Part shown: positions 52,673 to 64,000 of the stretch, one piece after another
Numbering within the stretch: the stretch's first letter is position 1
Layout of the letters: the number at the start of each line of letters is the position of its first letter
DNA from: Octopus vulgaris
Taxonomy: Eukaryota
Reading direction: 5' to 3'
Length of the DNA: 64,000 nt
Assembly (NCBI GenBank): GCA_951406725.2
Contig: OX597814.1
Span: 95,914,001 to 95,978,000 of the forward strand
Notes under the pieces: generated by a model
Databases searched by the model: none
Told to the model about the DNA's origin: nothing
Seen by the model: the letters and a program-made list of their open reading frames with translations, nothing else
Position numbers and translations under genes: made by a program

Positions 52673-52685
52673 TTTGAGAAAATAA
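52673..52685 (+). CDS. CDCA7: CDCA7 terminal coding exon (S-L-R-K-stop)
   Basis: Strong acceptor 'ttttgtttttctattttacag'. Phase 2 gives ..DYLK-S-LRK-TAA, matching the vertebrate ..AYLKSLK.. C-terminus. Confidence 0.8.
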
Positions 52686-53853
52686 TATTCATGTACGACT
52701 GATGGCCTTATGAACAACCAACACAATATGAGATGATTAGTTTACTGTGATAAAAGACTTGATGTGCTGCCTTGAAAAATTAACTGCATTTTCCTGAGGG
52801 CTAGTCAAAGACTTAACTGAATGTTTTTTTGCTTTCTTTGATGTTCATGTTACATTTTGTTGAATTCATTTGAACCATTCATAAGTTGATATTTGAATAC
52901 ATGCAAATAGTGAGGATAAAAAAAAAAAAAGGCCATTTGCTTCAACTTCTTTCATGTAGACATGTGTGGGTACTTTTATTGTTGATACCACTTTTGTTAC
53001 TACCAGGAAGTGCCATCATAATATACTGTGCAACACAAAATAGTTACAGTGGTTCTTGATGATTTGCCTTAAAACAAAGGAGTCATTTGACAACATTCAT
53101 TCAGAAATTTATCACCTGTCATGAAATAGAAAAGTGGACTTCTCAAGCCTGAATTTTAAACTTCTACCATTTTTATCTTTTAATCTAGAAAAAGAAAAAA
53201 ACAAAACAAAACAACAAAAAACAAAAAAAAAACAAAACAAAATGATTACAACACTGTGTAACACGATTTTTGTCCTTGGGTAGCAACTGTTATTTCCTAT
53301 TTGCTTACCCTTTTGAAGTATGAAAAATGGCTAGTATCTCTTTCAAATTTAGCTTTTGTTACATTTGTTCAAACCCCAAAGAATCCCTCTCAATACATGA
53401 CTATGATGCTCCCCCACTACTCCTGCTCATGATCAGAGACGTACATATCAGCCACTAAAGTACCTGCTCAAGTGGTTAAGGTCAAGCAAATCTGGTATTT
53501 GCTATAACGATATCTCTGCTTCAGCAACTTGGTGCTGAATCTGTCTGAAATGTAATGGAAAATAGGTTAATTTGAAAACATCGGTGTTCAGGTCACAAGA
53601 GCAAAATTTGAAGGGAATAGTAGTCATTTCCTTTGATTTCTAGATAGAAGCAAATAGGAAACAACACTGACCAAAGACGACAAAAAAAAAAAAAAAAATA
53701 TTTGTTACCCAGTGTTATTTTGACAAACTGTTCTGTGTATCTAATTCTGATATTAGAAACCACTCTATGGGAGTCTAGTTCAGGTAAAATTGTATACTTA
53801 GATACGTAGATTCACACTTGTAAATAGTTACTTTTGAAACCTGATATATATTT

Positions 53854-53859
53854 AATAAA
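53854..53859 (+). terminator. Candidate CDCA7 polyadenylation signal (about 1.2-kb 3' UTR)
   Basis: AATAAA followed by a U/GU-rich tract (ttttgttttgctttcttttttttt) at about 53877-53903. Confidence 0.55.
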
Positions 53860-54186
53860 ACTTTTATTTAATATAACTTTTGTTTTGCTTTCTTTTTTTT
53901 TTCTCGTATTTGATTTGTTCAAAGTGATTCTAAATTAACTGAATTCCAAAATATATGCTACAATATTGATTGCCATTTATTGTGAAAATGGAAAAATGGA
54001 ATATAATGTTCCATCAACAACACAACTAAAACCTTTAAATAGGTGCAGGCATCGCCGTCTGGTTTAAAGCTTGCTTCCTAACCATGTGCTTTCAGGTTGA
54101 GTCAAATCTTGGGCAAGTGTGTTCTACTCTAGACCCATCTGACCAAAGCTTCATGAGTAGATTTGATAGACAGAAACTGAAAGAAA

Positions 54187-54592
54187 AGGCGGCGAGCTGG
54201 CAGAAACGCGCTGGGCCAAATGGTTAGCAGTATTTCGTCTGCTGTTACGTTCTGAGTTCCAATTCCACCGAGGTCGACTTTGCCTTTCATCCTTTCGGGG
54301 TCGATGAATTAAGTACCAGTTACACACTGGGGTCAATGTAATCGACTTAAACCGTTTGTCCTTGCTTGTCCTCTCTGTGTTTAGGCCCTTGTGGGTAGTA
54401 AAGAAATAGGTATTTCGTCTGCCGTTAGCTTCTGAGTTCAAATTGCACCGAGGTCGACTTTGCCTTTCATCCTTTCGGGGTCGATAAATTAAGTACCAGT
54501 TACGCACTGGGGTCGGTTTAATTGACTTAATCCATTTGTTTGTCCTTGTTTGTCCCCTCTATTTTTAACCCCTTGTAGGCAATAAAGAAATA
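54187..54592 (+). mobile_element. tRNA-derived SINE family B with a tandemly duplicated core, inserted into a family A SINE
   Basis: Head 'ggcggcgagctggcagaaacg', then two about 180-bp units each containing 'gaggtcgactttgcctttcatcctttcggggtcgat.aattaagtaccagtt'. Confidence 0.8.
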
Positions 54593-57002
54593 AGAAACTG
54601 GAAGAGCTGTGTGAGTGAGTGTGTATGTGCGTGACTTTTTCCTTCCCTTGACATTGCATGAAAGTTGTAAACGAATGTCACTTGTGAAAGGTGTGTCCTT
54701 TGTCCCCAATCTTCCGTGAAAACATTTTTGGTTATGAGGAAATGGTTATCTTAGAAATAGGTTGGCAACTGGACGTAAAAATCTGCCTCAACAAAATACC
54801 ATCCAACCTATGTGGTGAGTATAGAAAAATGGGCATAAAAATGATGCTTACGTGTGTGTGTGTGTGCATGTCGCCTGTCTTGAACTAACATGGCTTTAAA
54901 TGACCATTACCATCATGAGTGAAGCTGCTCATTTCTTACATGCAAAGCATTGGGAATAGGTTAGGGTTAGGTACAGGAAAGGTATCCAGCCATAGAAAAT
55001 CTACCTCAATGAATTCTATCTAGCCCATGCATGCATGATTCCTAGAGAAGAGGATGTGGTAAGTAACGGTAATGAATGTTAAAGGAATCATTAATGAATA
55101 AGATTTGGCCCTAGCAATTGTTTTCAAGTTAATCTACACTTGATTCTCAAGTTCCACAAGGTATTTCAATATCAAAGTATTGTGGTGTGACTAATGGGAT
55201 TATGGAATAGGTGAGTATGTTAGTTGATACTGATTTTAAAAAGGTTATCAGTAGTATCTATGTAGGATCTTGTGATGGCACTTAACCATTCTTGCATTCT
55301 GTGAAGGCGCATAGATTGAGAAACGATATTGTTATCTCAATATATATATATACATATATGAATACATGGATGTTTTTGACGCTTGAGTGTCTGGTCATAA
55401 ACTTGATACTCCATGCCAAGCTTGGCTTCTGCTTTACGTGCCAAATACCTATACCTATGTACTATTTTCTCAGTGAACTGGTCCATGTATGTCATTCAGT
55501 TTTATTTCAAGATTTTTTGTCAGTATAGAAAGAGCTGGTTTCTAACTTAGATCCAAGTCTCCTTCATTGAAATTTCAATAACATCAACAAGCTATTTTTG
55601 TATCTGTGCAGTACAGTAGTCCCCCGGTATTAGCGGTGGTCACGTTCCTAGAGCGCCTGCGAATATTGAACGTGGTCCATAAAAATGTCTATAATGTCAA
55701 AATATAACATATATATATATATATATATATATTTGATAATAATTTAATAAAAAATAAAGTAAAATGTATGGTTGCTCACCAATAATGATTTAAGACGATG
55801 ATGATGAAAATAATGAAGATAATGACTACACAACAAAGATTTAAAGCTCTAGGTGGCGCCTCTTCAGGTGTTTTAGGGGATGTGTCGTCTTGGTGGACTT
55901 GAGGAACGTTGGGGCTTGAGAATTTGCTGTCGTTTTTTTTTCATGGTGGTGAGTCTCGGTGGCATTTTAAAATGGGGATCCAATGCTTCCGCCTTCCTTT
56001 GCTGTCCTTAAAAGGTTGGACAGACGTTCGATTGTCAGGCCAACCTCATCCTCCTCTTCTGGATCTGGCGATTCCCCCTCCTCTTCGCTAGCAGACTTAG
56101 TTAACTCCAGCAAATCTTCGTGTCAGGGTTTCAGAGTGGGCATCGATGAGGTTGTTGACCTCATCTTGCATGATGTTGTCAAAACCTTCCCCATCAAGTA
56201 CTTTTGCCAGTTTCACTCGAGGGGATGTTTTTCTTCTTACAGTTACTGATCCACAATGCCAAGGTAGATTCTATCCTGACCAAGTGCTTATTTCTCACTG
56301 TCGTTATCTTTTTGGTACTTTCACAGAAAGATACTGCTACAGTAGACTTGATCGTTACTTCCTCCTTATGTAGCGTATGATGCTTTCGTTGGCACCATAA
56401 CAGTGACATACTGCGGCATAACTTTTACCTTCCTGGAGTATACCCGGCATTTGTACCTTCTCATTGAACGTTATAACCTTTTCCTGTCGCTTAGGTTCAC
56501 TGCCAAAAACCTTTGAAGGTGTAGGAAGTTTGGGCAGCATCTAGGGCTTTAATAACATGCTGCGAAAAACGAAACACTCGAGATAGCTACTGGACGCAGT
56601 TTTTCTCAAAAAAAAAAAAAAAATAACGTACAAAAAATCTTTCTTGCGTCTAATAATGCGCATACCACCAGTGGGAGATTGAGCAGAGATTAAAAAATAA
56701 CCATGGTTTTGAAAAATTTAGTTTGTATTACCCCTAGATACAGTAATCATTATAATTATAATGAGCGAGAGAGAGGGATGGGGACCGCAAGTAACTTAAT
56801 CTCAATGAGGCTATATTGGCTCACAATCTTAAATATTTTCCCGTTGAAATAAACAATGTGTATGATCAAATGTAGTGATGATTTTAAAAAAGCGCTGGTA
56901 TAAAATTAACGTTCAGTCTCGTGTTGTATATATCTTTGATCTAATATCGGTAGCCCAAGTAATACTGGTGCGATACACTGCGTGTGTGTGTGTATTATTA
57001 TT

Positions 57003-57650
57003 ATTATTTCTAAACCTCTCCAAAGGAGACTACTGGGTATTAATGGTTATCGCTAAGCTAACATGGCAGTCCAGAAAAATAGGACGAATGCTGCCGTTGA
57101 TTAACTCCAAGAGGCCATTGTCATAAGTCATCAGCTTCCCCATGCTGGTTCAGACATTCACAGACTAGTTTCAGGGTATTTGCCCTTTATCAATGTGTCG
57201 TAGTCGAACCCAGCAGGTGATGGCTTATTGGAGTTAATCAACGGCAGCATTCGTCTTATTTTTCTGGACTGCCATGTTAGCTTGGTGATAACTACTAATA
57301 TCCAGTACTGCTGCCGTAGTCTCCTTTAAAGAGATTTAGAAATAATATTTCTATTTTTGAAAACCAGTGAATGTGTTCCACTAAATATATATAAACCTTC
57401 GAACAGACAGTCAACAGCGACGCCTGCTGGGTTCGACTACGACACATTGACAGAGGACAAATACGTTGAAACTTGTGTGTGGATGTCTGAACCAGCATGG
57501 GGAAGCTGAAGACCTCCCTTTTTCGAAAGTTGTAATGGACACAGTTTTGTGTGTCACATAGCTAGCCAGAGGCGATGGCCTCTTGGAGCTAATCAACGGC
57601 AGCATTCGTCCTATTTTTCTGGACTGCTATGTTAGCTTGGCGATAACTAT
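57003..57650. mobile_element. Rearranged Penelope-pLTR-like repeat cluster (inverted and direct copies) with hammerheads
   Basis: The segment 57003-57220 is repeated in reverse at 57221-57346 and 57421-57650. Confidence 0.75.
57159..57197 (-). ncRNA. Minimal type I hammerhead ribozyme (U3-A8 covariant core, GUC site)
   Basis: Minus strand reads caca-TTGATAA-AGGG-caaata-CCCT-GAAAC-TA-GTC-tgtg. All three stems pair, and stem I extends further (gac/gtc, ggttc/gaacc, tgct/agca). A decayed copy lies at 57443-57481(+). Confidence 0.82.
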
Positions 57651-58499
57651 TTATATATATATACGCATAAAAAATATATAAAAATACATAATGAGACAAG
57701 AACGCAAAACATTCAAATAGACGATGCAAAAAAACGGACGGGTCATTCGAAGCCTCTAATCTTCAGTCAAGAACCGGATCATCCTCGCAATTTCGGCTGA
57801 TTAATCTTGAGATTGCTCCGATCTGGCCAGCCCCAAGGAAAAACTAAGCTACGAGCATTAGATTTCTTGGAAAAAGGATCGACCGTATACGAAACAAGGG
57901 CAGAAAAACGGACGATGTTACACGAATATAAATACAAAAAACAAAATGTAATACGAATATAAATACAAAACAAAAACAAAAACAATAATATCAGGACAAA
58001 AACAACAGGCGTTTTTCGACTTTAGACAGTTCAACTTAGCTGGCGTATTAGAGAGAGGTGAGAGAGAGAGTGAGAGTATGTGTGAAATATACATAGATGT
58101 CGCTATAGTAATTAGCAAGCTTTGATTGAAAGCAGGAATAAGAGATAGAAGATACAGTGTACTTGTATCTAAAATAATCAAGCGATGTGGTGCAGCTTCA
58201 ACTGCGAAGGGGCGTCTAATAAACCGGCAAATACAGTATATTGTTTTTAATAATTTAGCCTTAAAAAGTGTGAAACAATATATATTGCTACGAAAGAAGC
58301 CATAAAAAAAATCTCGGACGATATTTAACGATTCCGCGAATATGCAGTGGTTTCTGTGAACAATTCGTTGTGCGAATAATAGGGACCACGAATGCCGAAC
58401 CGCGAATAAGCAGGTGTACACTGTATTTGGAGTCAGTGCAGGTGCAGATGGATATGTTTTGTTCTATGTATGTGTTCTCATGCATAAGTTACAAGCCTA

Positions 58500-59695
58500 G
58501 ACATGCTCCTATAATTAAATGATAAACTTCTGGAAAATTTTAGAGATTTTTACAGTTCCAGTAATGGCTTGGATCTGTAGTCTTCGAATCAGTTTTCTCC
58601 TTTTTGGTTTTGAGAAGCATAACTTTCCAAGACTGGTACTGAGGTAGTGTGTCAATAATTAGAGGTATAAACCTGAACTTGTAATTTGGGTAGAGCAACT
58701 GTGGAATATTCAATAGTTCAGCGTAGGTATTCTCTTTTTCTCTGATCTTTAGCTTTATGTTAACATCTGCCCGGCAGCTGATTTCCACAACTGTACACAG
58801 TTTCTCTTCTCTATCCCAAATCACTAATGACAGGTCTATTATGTTTACATTCTATTGAGGTCTTCACTGGGACATTCCAGCAGTACTCCTTATTATGAGT
58901 GGCTATGGTCTCTACCATACTGTAGATTCTCTTTTCTTTGGCTTTGGGGGTTATCCTTCTGATGGATCTCATTATACAGTGTCTTAGCCACATCATATCT
59001 CATCAGTTGATAATACTGCGACGACATTTTCGGACAACTGCTTATGATGTGGGTGATATCTTCGGTGATAACTCCACTAAATCTGCATCGGTTATCATAT
59101 TTTGGTGTGTTTCCTGCGTCTCTGTTCCTCTTGTGCGTCAGGTATTTGCTTGATATTTCCTGTTCCTGGATTGCAAACGCATAGCCTTCCGAGTTAGTGT
59201 TAGCAATCCGGTTGTTGGTTCATGACAGATTGCTTTGATTACCAATGTTACCATCATTCCGGAGCTTTCTGCTAACATATCCATGCATGCTCTTCCGCTG
59301 ATATATGCTCATCCTTTCATCTGATGATACTTTGCGGTTGAGTCGTGCGGCATCTTTGGGCATGTATTCAAGGTTATCAGACAAAGAATAATGTTCAAAG
59401 AGCTGCTTTCAAAGCCTCATGATGTTATCTGCTTCGTGTATGCAAACTTGGTCAAGGGATGCACTTTGACACTTGGTTGTGAAAAGATGTTGCGGAAGGG
59501 ATATATGACACTCAAAGGTAATCTAGATCGATATCAAGATTATGCCCCTTGTTTCCATTTTAGGTAAAGCCGGTCAACATCGCTGTTGTTGTGGAAATTA
59601 TGTGTGCTTGTTAGTATCTTCTGGGTTTTCACATCAATGCCACGGATCTCATCACGTTTCCAATCAAGTGGCCTAAATGTTGGCACTGTAAACAC
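58500..59695 (-). mobile_element. Dong/R4-type non-LTR retrotransposon 3' fragment (RLE endonuclease)
   Basis: DWKRDEIRGIDVKTQKILT..SDVDRLYL, a Zn-knuckle remnant C..EDITHIISSC, and RLE motifs HNRP(D)..IWDREEKLCTVVEISC..KIREKENTY. Confidence 0.85.
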
Positions 59696-59777
59696 TATGT
59701 ATGTATGTATGTATGTATGCATGTATGTATGTATGTATGTATGTATGTATGTATGTATGTATGTATGTATGTATGTA

Positions 59778-59836
<59 letters not shown>

Positions 59837-60069
59837 ATGTATGTATGTATCATTGTTCATGATTGTTGATGGTGCTGTGAGTCTCAATAGAATGGCTGGC
59901 TGTAGCCTTAAAAAGCAAATAAAAGTCACATTCGATCGCAGCACCAACAGCAGTTAAGCTTCGTGCAATGACCATACTCGATAACGAGGGGCAGCCATCA
60001 TCGTCATCATCATCATGTATGTATGTATGTATGTATGTATGTATGTATGTATGTATGTATGTATGTATG

Positions 60070-60100
<31 letters not shown>

Positions 60101-61595
60101 GCACACATAGACAGACCTCGCTACCGGAGGTTGTTGGCAGTAAATTACATTAAAAATTTTATAGTGCTAATTCAATTTGTTTTGTATAGAAACAAAAGAA
60201 TGAAACAGGTAGTCTCACTGCTGTTACAAATGAATAATATAGTTAATTATATATCCGTTTTCAAAAGTACACACACACTCTCTCTTTCCCTTTCACTGTC
60301 TCTCTCTTTGACACACACAGACACTACGCGCGTTGCACACGCACGCACACACCATATGTACACAAACACACAAATATGTGTGTGTGTATATATGTATGTG
60401 TGTGTGTGTGTATACATATATACGCATATGAATACACACACACATACAATGTATGTATACATATGATTATATAAACACACAAACACCATTCTGTTTAGTT
60501 TGTGTACTAATGTATAATTATCAAATATAGAAAAAAAATCGATTCGTTTTTGTAATAAAAGTATGCTAATGAAAAGCGAATCTTAATTATATCTATGTGT
60601 ATTTATAATAAGTATAGTAAATAGAAATATAAAATATACTAATAAACAGTATTTACACTGTGGACGAACTAACTGGAAACGATAGAAGCTAATACATTGA
60701 AATATAATACAAGAAAACAGAAAAGTGATAAGTATAAACTTGCATAGCTTTCCACTTACACATACACAGGAAAAGTAAATTTAACGATGGCTGGAAACTC
60801 TAAAAATCCATTCGCTGAAGGTACATTTTGAAATCTTGAAAAATTTGATTTTATTCTTTTATTTATTTACTTCTTTGTTCGTTTTAGTCATTGCTAGTGC
60901 ACTGCCTTGACGAGTTTTTCGTCAATCTTATCGGCATTACTTTTAAGTCCTGTTGTTCTGCCGGTTCTAATTTTATAGAACCGTTAAGTTTCGAGGACAT
61001 AAACAAGCCAACGCCGGTGGTCAAGTACACACACACACACACACACTGATACGCACGCACGCACGCACGTGCACACACACACACACTGATACGCACGCAC
61101 GCACGCACGTGCACACACACACACACACATGCACGCACACATGCGCATGCACAATATAAACAATCGTAAATTTGACGTAGTTTCTATTTTTTCTCCTCTA
61201 TTTACTTTGACTTCAGTTTTGATGATCAGTAAAACCCGAAACGTTATATCCTCTTCTAGTTCTTCCATTTGAAATGTTTATTTTCACTGTAACCATTCTG
61301 TGTTATTGCTGCGCTTAATTTTTGTACCCTTACCCTTATTCTACCATCACATGTTTTATTTATATGTGTCCCCTCTTTATCTCATAACCTTCCTCTGTTT
61401 TACTTGTATGTGTGAGTGTGTGTGTGTGTGTGTGGTTAGTTAATTTTAATTTTGGCTCAGAAAGCAAAAAATTTTGGCTCAGAAAGCAAACAATTTTGGC
61501 TCAAAAAGCAAAAAAGCAAGTGGTTGGGTGGGTGCGTATAATATAATATTATATTATATATATACATGTGTGTGTGTGTGTGTGTGTGTGTGGTT

Positions 61596-61943
61596 CAGGG
61601 ATTCTCAACCATTTTTTTATCTATGGACTCCTCTGATTATTATTTTATTCTGGTGGACTCCCATAGTTATTGGATGTTTAAAAACTAGTTTTATAGAAAC
61701 TTCTTCCAAAATTCTTGTTTCGCTTTTCACACATTAATTTTTGTAGATTGAACAATGTAAAATGTTGGAGAAAGCAACCTATCTGTTTCTTGCAATACAT
61801 ACCATACATCTAAATCAAAATTTTTTTCTGGGTCCCTTAAAATACTATTGTGGATGCTCAGTTTACTATTTCGTTATGTGAACCCACCCTGAAATCTTAT
61901 ATGGACCCTCAAGGGCCATATGCACTCCAGTTGAGAACCACTG
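61596..61943. mobile_element. hAT-type MITE
   Basis: TIRs cagggattctcaac and gttgagaaccactg. Confidence 0.78.
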
Positions 61944-62526
61944 ATATAGATCAAAGACAGAAAATGGAATTAGCGAGATTCTTTATTATATAAAATATGA
62001 AATACTAGATGTTAATATCTCTTATATTAGAAGCTTCCATCAGACTCCGTATCTATTTTCAAATGATGTGTGCTAGGGTGATGGTGCTATAGCATTTACT
62101 GGGTTGAAATGGGGCACATCTTTGGCTTTTTAGATTCCACCGTCGTTGTCGTCATCATCAGAAGCAGCAGTGGCATATGCTGCTGGGTGCAGGGCACATC
62201 TAAAGTTGTTTGCGTCAGGACACACCCTCTCTTTGTAATTGCTCAGTATAAGAATTGAGCTCGTGAAATCCTCTTGTAATTTTTATTTTACTTTTTCGAT
62301 TAAGATTGCTATGAGGAAAGACTTGCAGGCCTTCTTTTATAAGTGCCAAACCTTTAACCATATTTTTTGCAGTCATCTGAAGTGAAGTTGTCTTCTATGT
62401 TCTCCTCTTGCTCTGCAATCGCTTTCGTTGTAACGTCTTCAGCTTTTCGACCTAGTTTTTTTCTATTAGACCAAATAACTTAACCATATGATTTTCCATG
62501 ACTTCTCTAAAATTGAAGGCACATGT

Positions 62527-62845
62527 TAGAGCGTAGCGATCACAACCATGAGGTTGCGAGTTCTATTCTCGGACTGTGCTCTGTGTTGTGCAAGATACTT
62601 TATTTTACGTTGCTCCAGTTCACTCAGCTGTAGAAATGAGTTGCAACGTCAATGGTGCCAAGCTGTGCTGACCATTGCTTTTCCTTTAGATAACATCAGC
62701 AGCGTGGAGAGGGGAGGCTGGTATGCATGGGTGACTGCTGGTCTTCCATAGACAACCTTGCCCGGACTTGTGCCTCGGAGCGGAGCTTTCTAGTTGCATT
62801 CCATGGTCATTCATGATTGAAGGGGGTCTTTACCCTTTACCCTAT
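62527..62845 (+). mobile_element. tRNA-derived SINE family C (CORE-like)
   Basis: tRNA-like head 'agagcgtagcgatcacaaccatgaggttgcgagttctattctc', core 'ctccagttcactcagctgtagaaatgag' and a ctttacc tail. A copy lies at 2866-3100(-). Confidence 0.75.
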
Positions 62846-62880
62846 TTGTCAATATTATAATATTCTTCTAAACTTCATGT

Positions 62881-62926
<46 letters not shown>

Positions 62927-63059
62927 GCCATATGTGTGTGTGTGTGTGCGTCCTTCATTGCTGAGGGTTTCACTTCATTCTATAATTCAGCATTCTTATC
63001 CATTGATTTTTAATGTTGACCATTTTATAGTAATCATTAACAGTAGATTTATCCTTTCC

Positions 63060-63700
63060 ACAAATTGCTTTTATTTGTAGTTTCAAAGTTTTCAAATGTT
63101 ATGCTTTGATGTTAGCGATCACAGTTTAAAACATTGGCTGGAGCAAAGAAATTGTGTTCTTCAGAGTGTATTTCTCTCACATTATCAGAAAGATAATTTA
63201 CGTTCAATTGGTAGCTTTTTGCATTACGTAAAAAATATTTGTAAACCAGTTTTGGAAAAGTTCGTCGCCATCCATTACTTCATATTTGAAGCAAAACCAC
63301 AAGAGGATTTAAATTGAGAATAACCTTTGAAAGCCCTCGGATTTTCGTAGTGATATACAAATAAGGGCTTTAATTTCCACTCAACAGTAATATTTCTTCT
63401 CACAAGAAGCGTTAATTAACCTTTGGAAGCTTTGAAACTTGGTGATGATTTTCCTTCATTCTAAATTAATATCCCAGAACTTCCTGAAAAGTACAGATTC
63501 ATCAAAGTTATACACATATTCTAGTACATAGCTTCCTCCAGCTCATCGTGAACATAAGTGGTAGTCCCTATGTCAGCATTAGTACATTCACTGATCATAT
63601 CAATGTAAAAATTAAGGCTTAAATTTTTCAAACTAGCATTTACAATTTCCAGAAAGTTGTGTCGTCCACTTTCTGTAAATAGTCATGCGTACTTATAGAT
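63060..63700 (-). pseudogene. Tigger/pogo DDE transposase remnant (very degenerate)
   Basis: Minus-strand fragments YVYNFDESVLF, VSKG*LTLLV..WKLKPLFVYHYENPRAFKG..*WM resemble Tigger FN.DET.L.W / SKDRLTLLL..KLKPL.IY.SENPRALK..AWM. Confidence 0.7.
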
Positions 63701-64000
63701 TTCATTTGAATGGCCATAATGTTTATCAATACAGTGAGTGTTTCTTATTCATTAAAAGACAATGAATAGTGAATCAATAATGGTCTCAATACAAAATCTA
63801 ATATTTATAATATATTATTGACAGTGACTTCGAAGTTTTGCCAGATGTATGGCTTATTACACTCTGAAATAGGGAGAAAAAAAAGCACCAGTTCTTTTGC
63901 AAAATTCTGTCTTATAGAGGGTATGAAGAAATTAGTGAAAATGGAAGGAGTTAGAACTCCAAAAGATAAAGACAATTTCGATGGACTTGTAATCACTACT

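Larger units (their letters stand above)
55612..58425 (-). mobile_element. Tigger/pogo DNA transposon, internally deleted and interrupted by other insertions (about 56700-58290)
   Basis: TA-flanked ends ta|cagtagtcccccggtattagcgg and ccgcgaataagcaggtgtacactg|ta. Minus-strand CENP-B-type HTH (KRQEKVITFNEKV..EGKSYAAV..YGANES.IRYI; ESTLALWI) is joined directly to the acidic C-terminus, so the DDE domain is missing. Confidence 0.85.

Overview
AT-rich, microsatellite-laden eukaryotic DNA. The repeat repertoire (RTE LINEs with (GAT)n tails, tRNA-derived SINEs, Penelope-like elements inserted in (TA)n tracts) looks like an octopus/cephalopod genome; this is an inference, not verified. Two partial host genes lie on the + strand, on either side of a 100-N assembly gap (26526-26625). 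Before the gap are the first two coding exons of an ABCC10/MRP7 ABC transporter (20349-21932, 25323-25550). After it are the last five exons of a CDCA7 zf-4CXXC_R1 gene (39069-39209, 43989-44075, 44439-44501, 49827-49963, 52673-52685), which the ORF track misses entirely. The rest is mostly decayed mobile DNA: RTE LINEs with a PHD finger inside the RT, two Naiad-like Penelope elements, a Dong/R4-type RLE LINE, CR1, piggyBac, Tigger/pogo, hAT, Helitrons, MITEs and SINEs. The most notable hidden layer is a set of minimal type I hammerhead ribozyme motifs that I folded by eye (6712-6838, 32071-32154, 32497-32582, 49217-49337, 57159-57197). They carry non-canonical cores (CCGAAGA, UUGAUAA, CUGGUGA), and most sit in non-coding fold-back Penelope-type elements.
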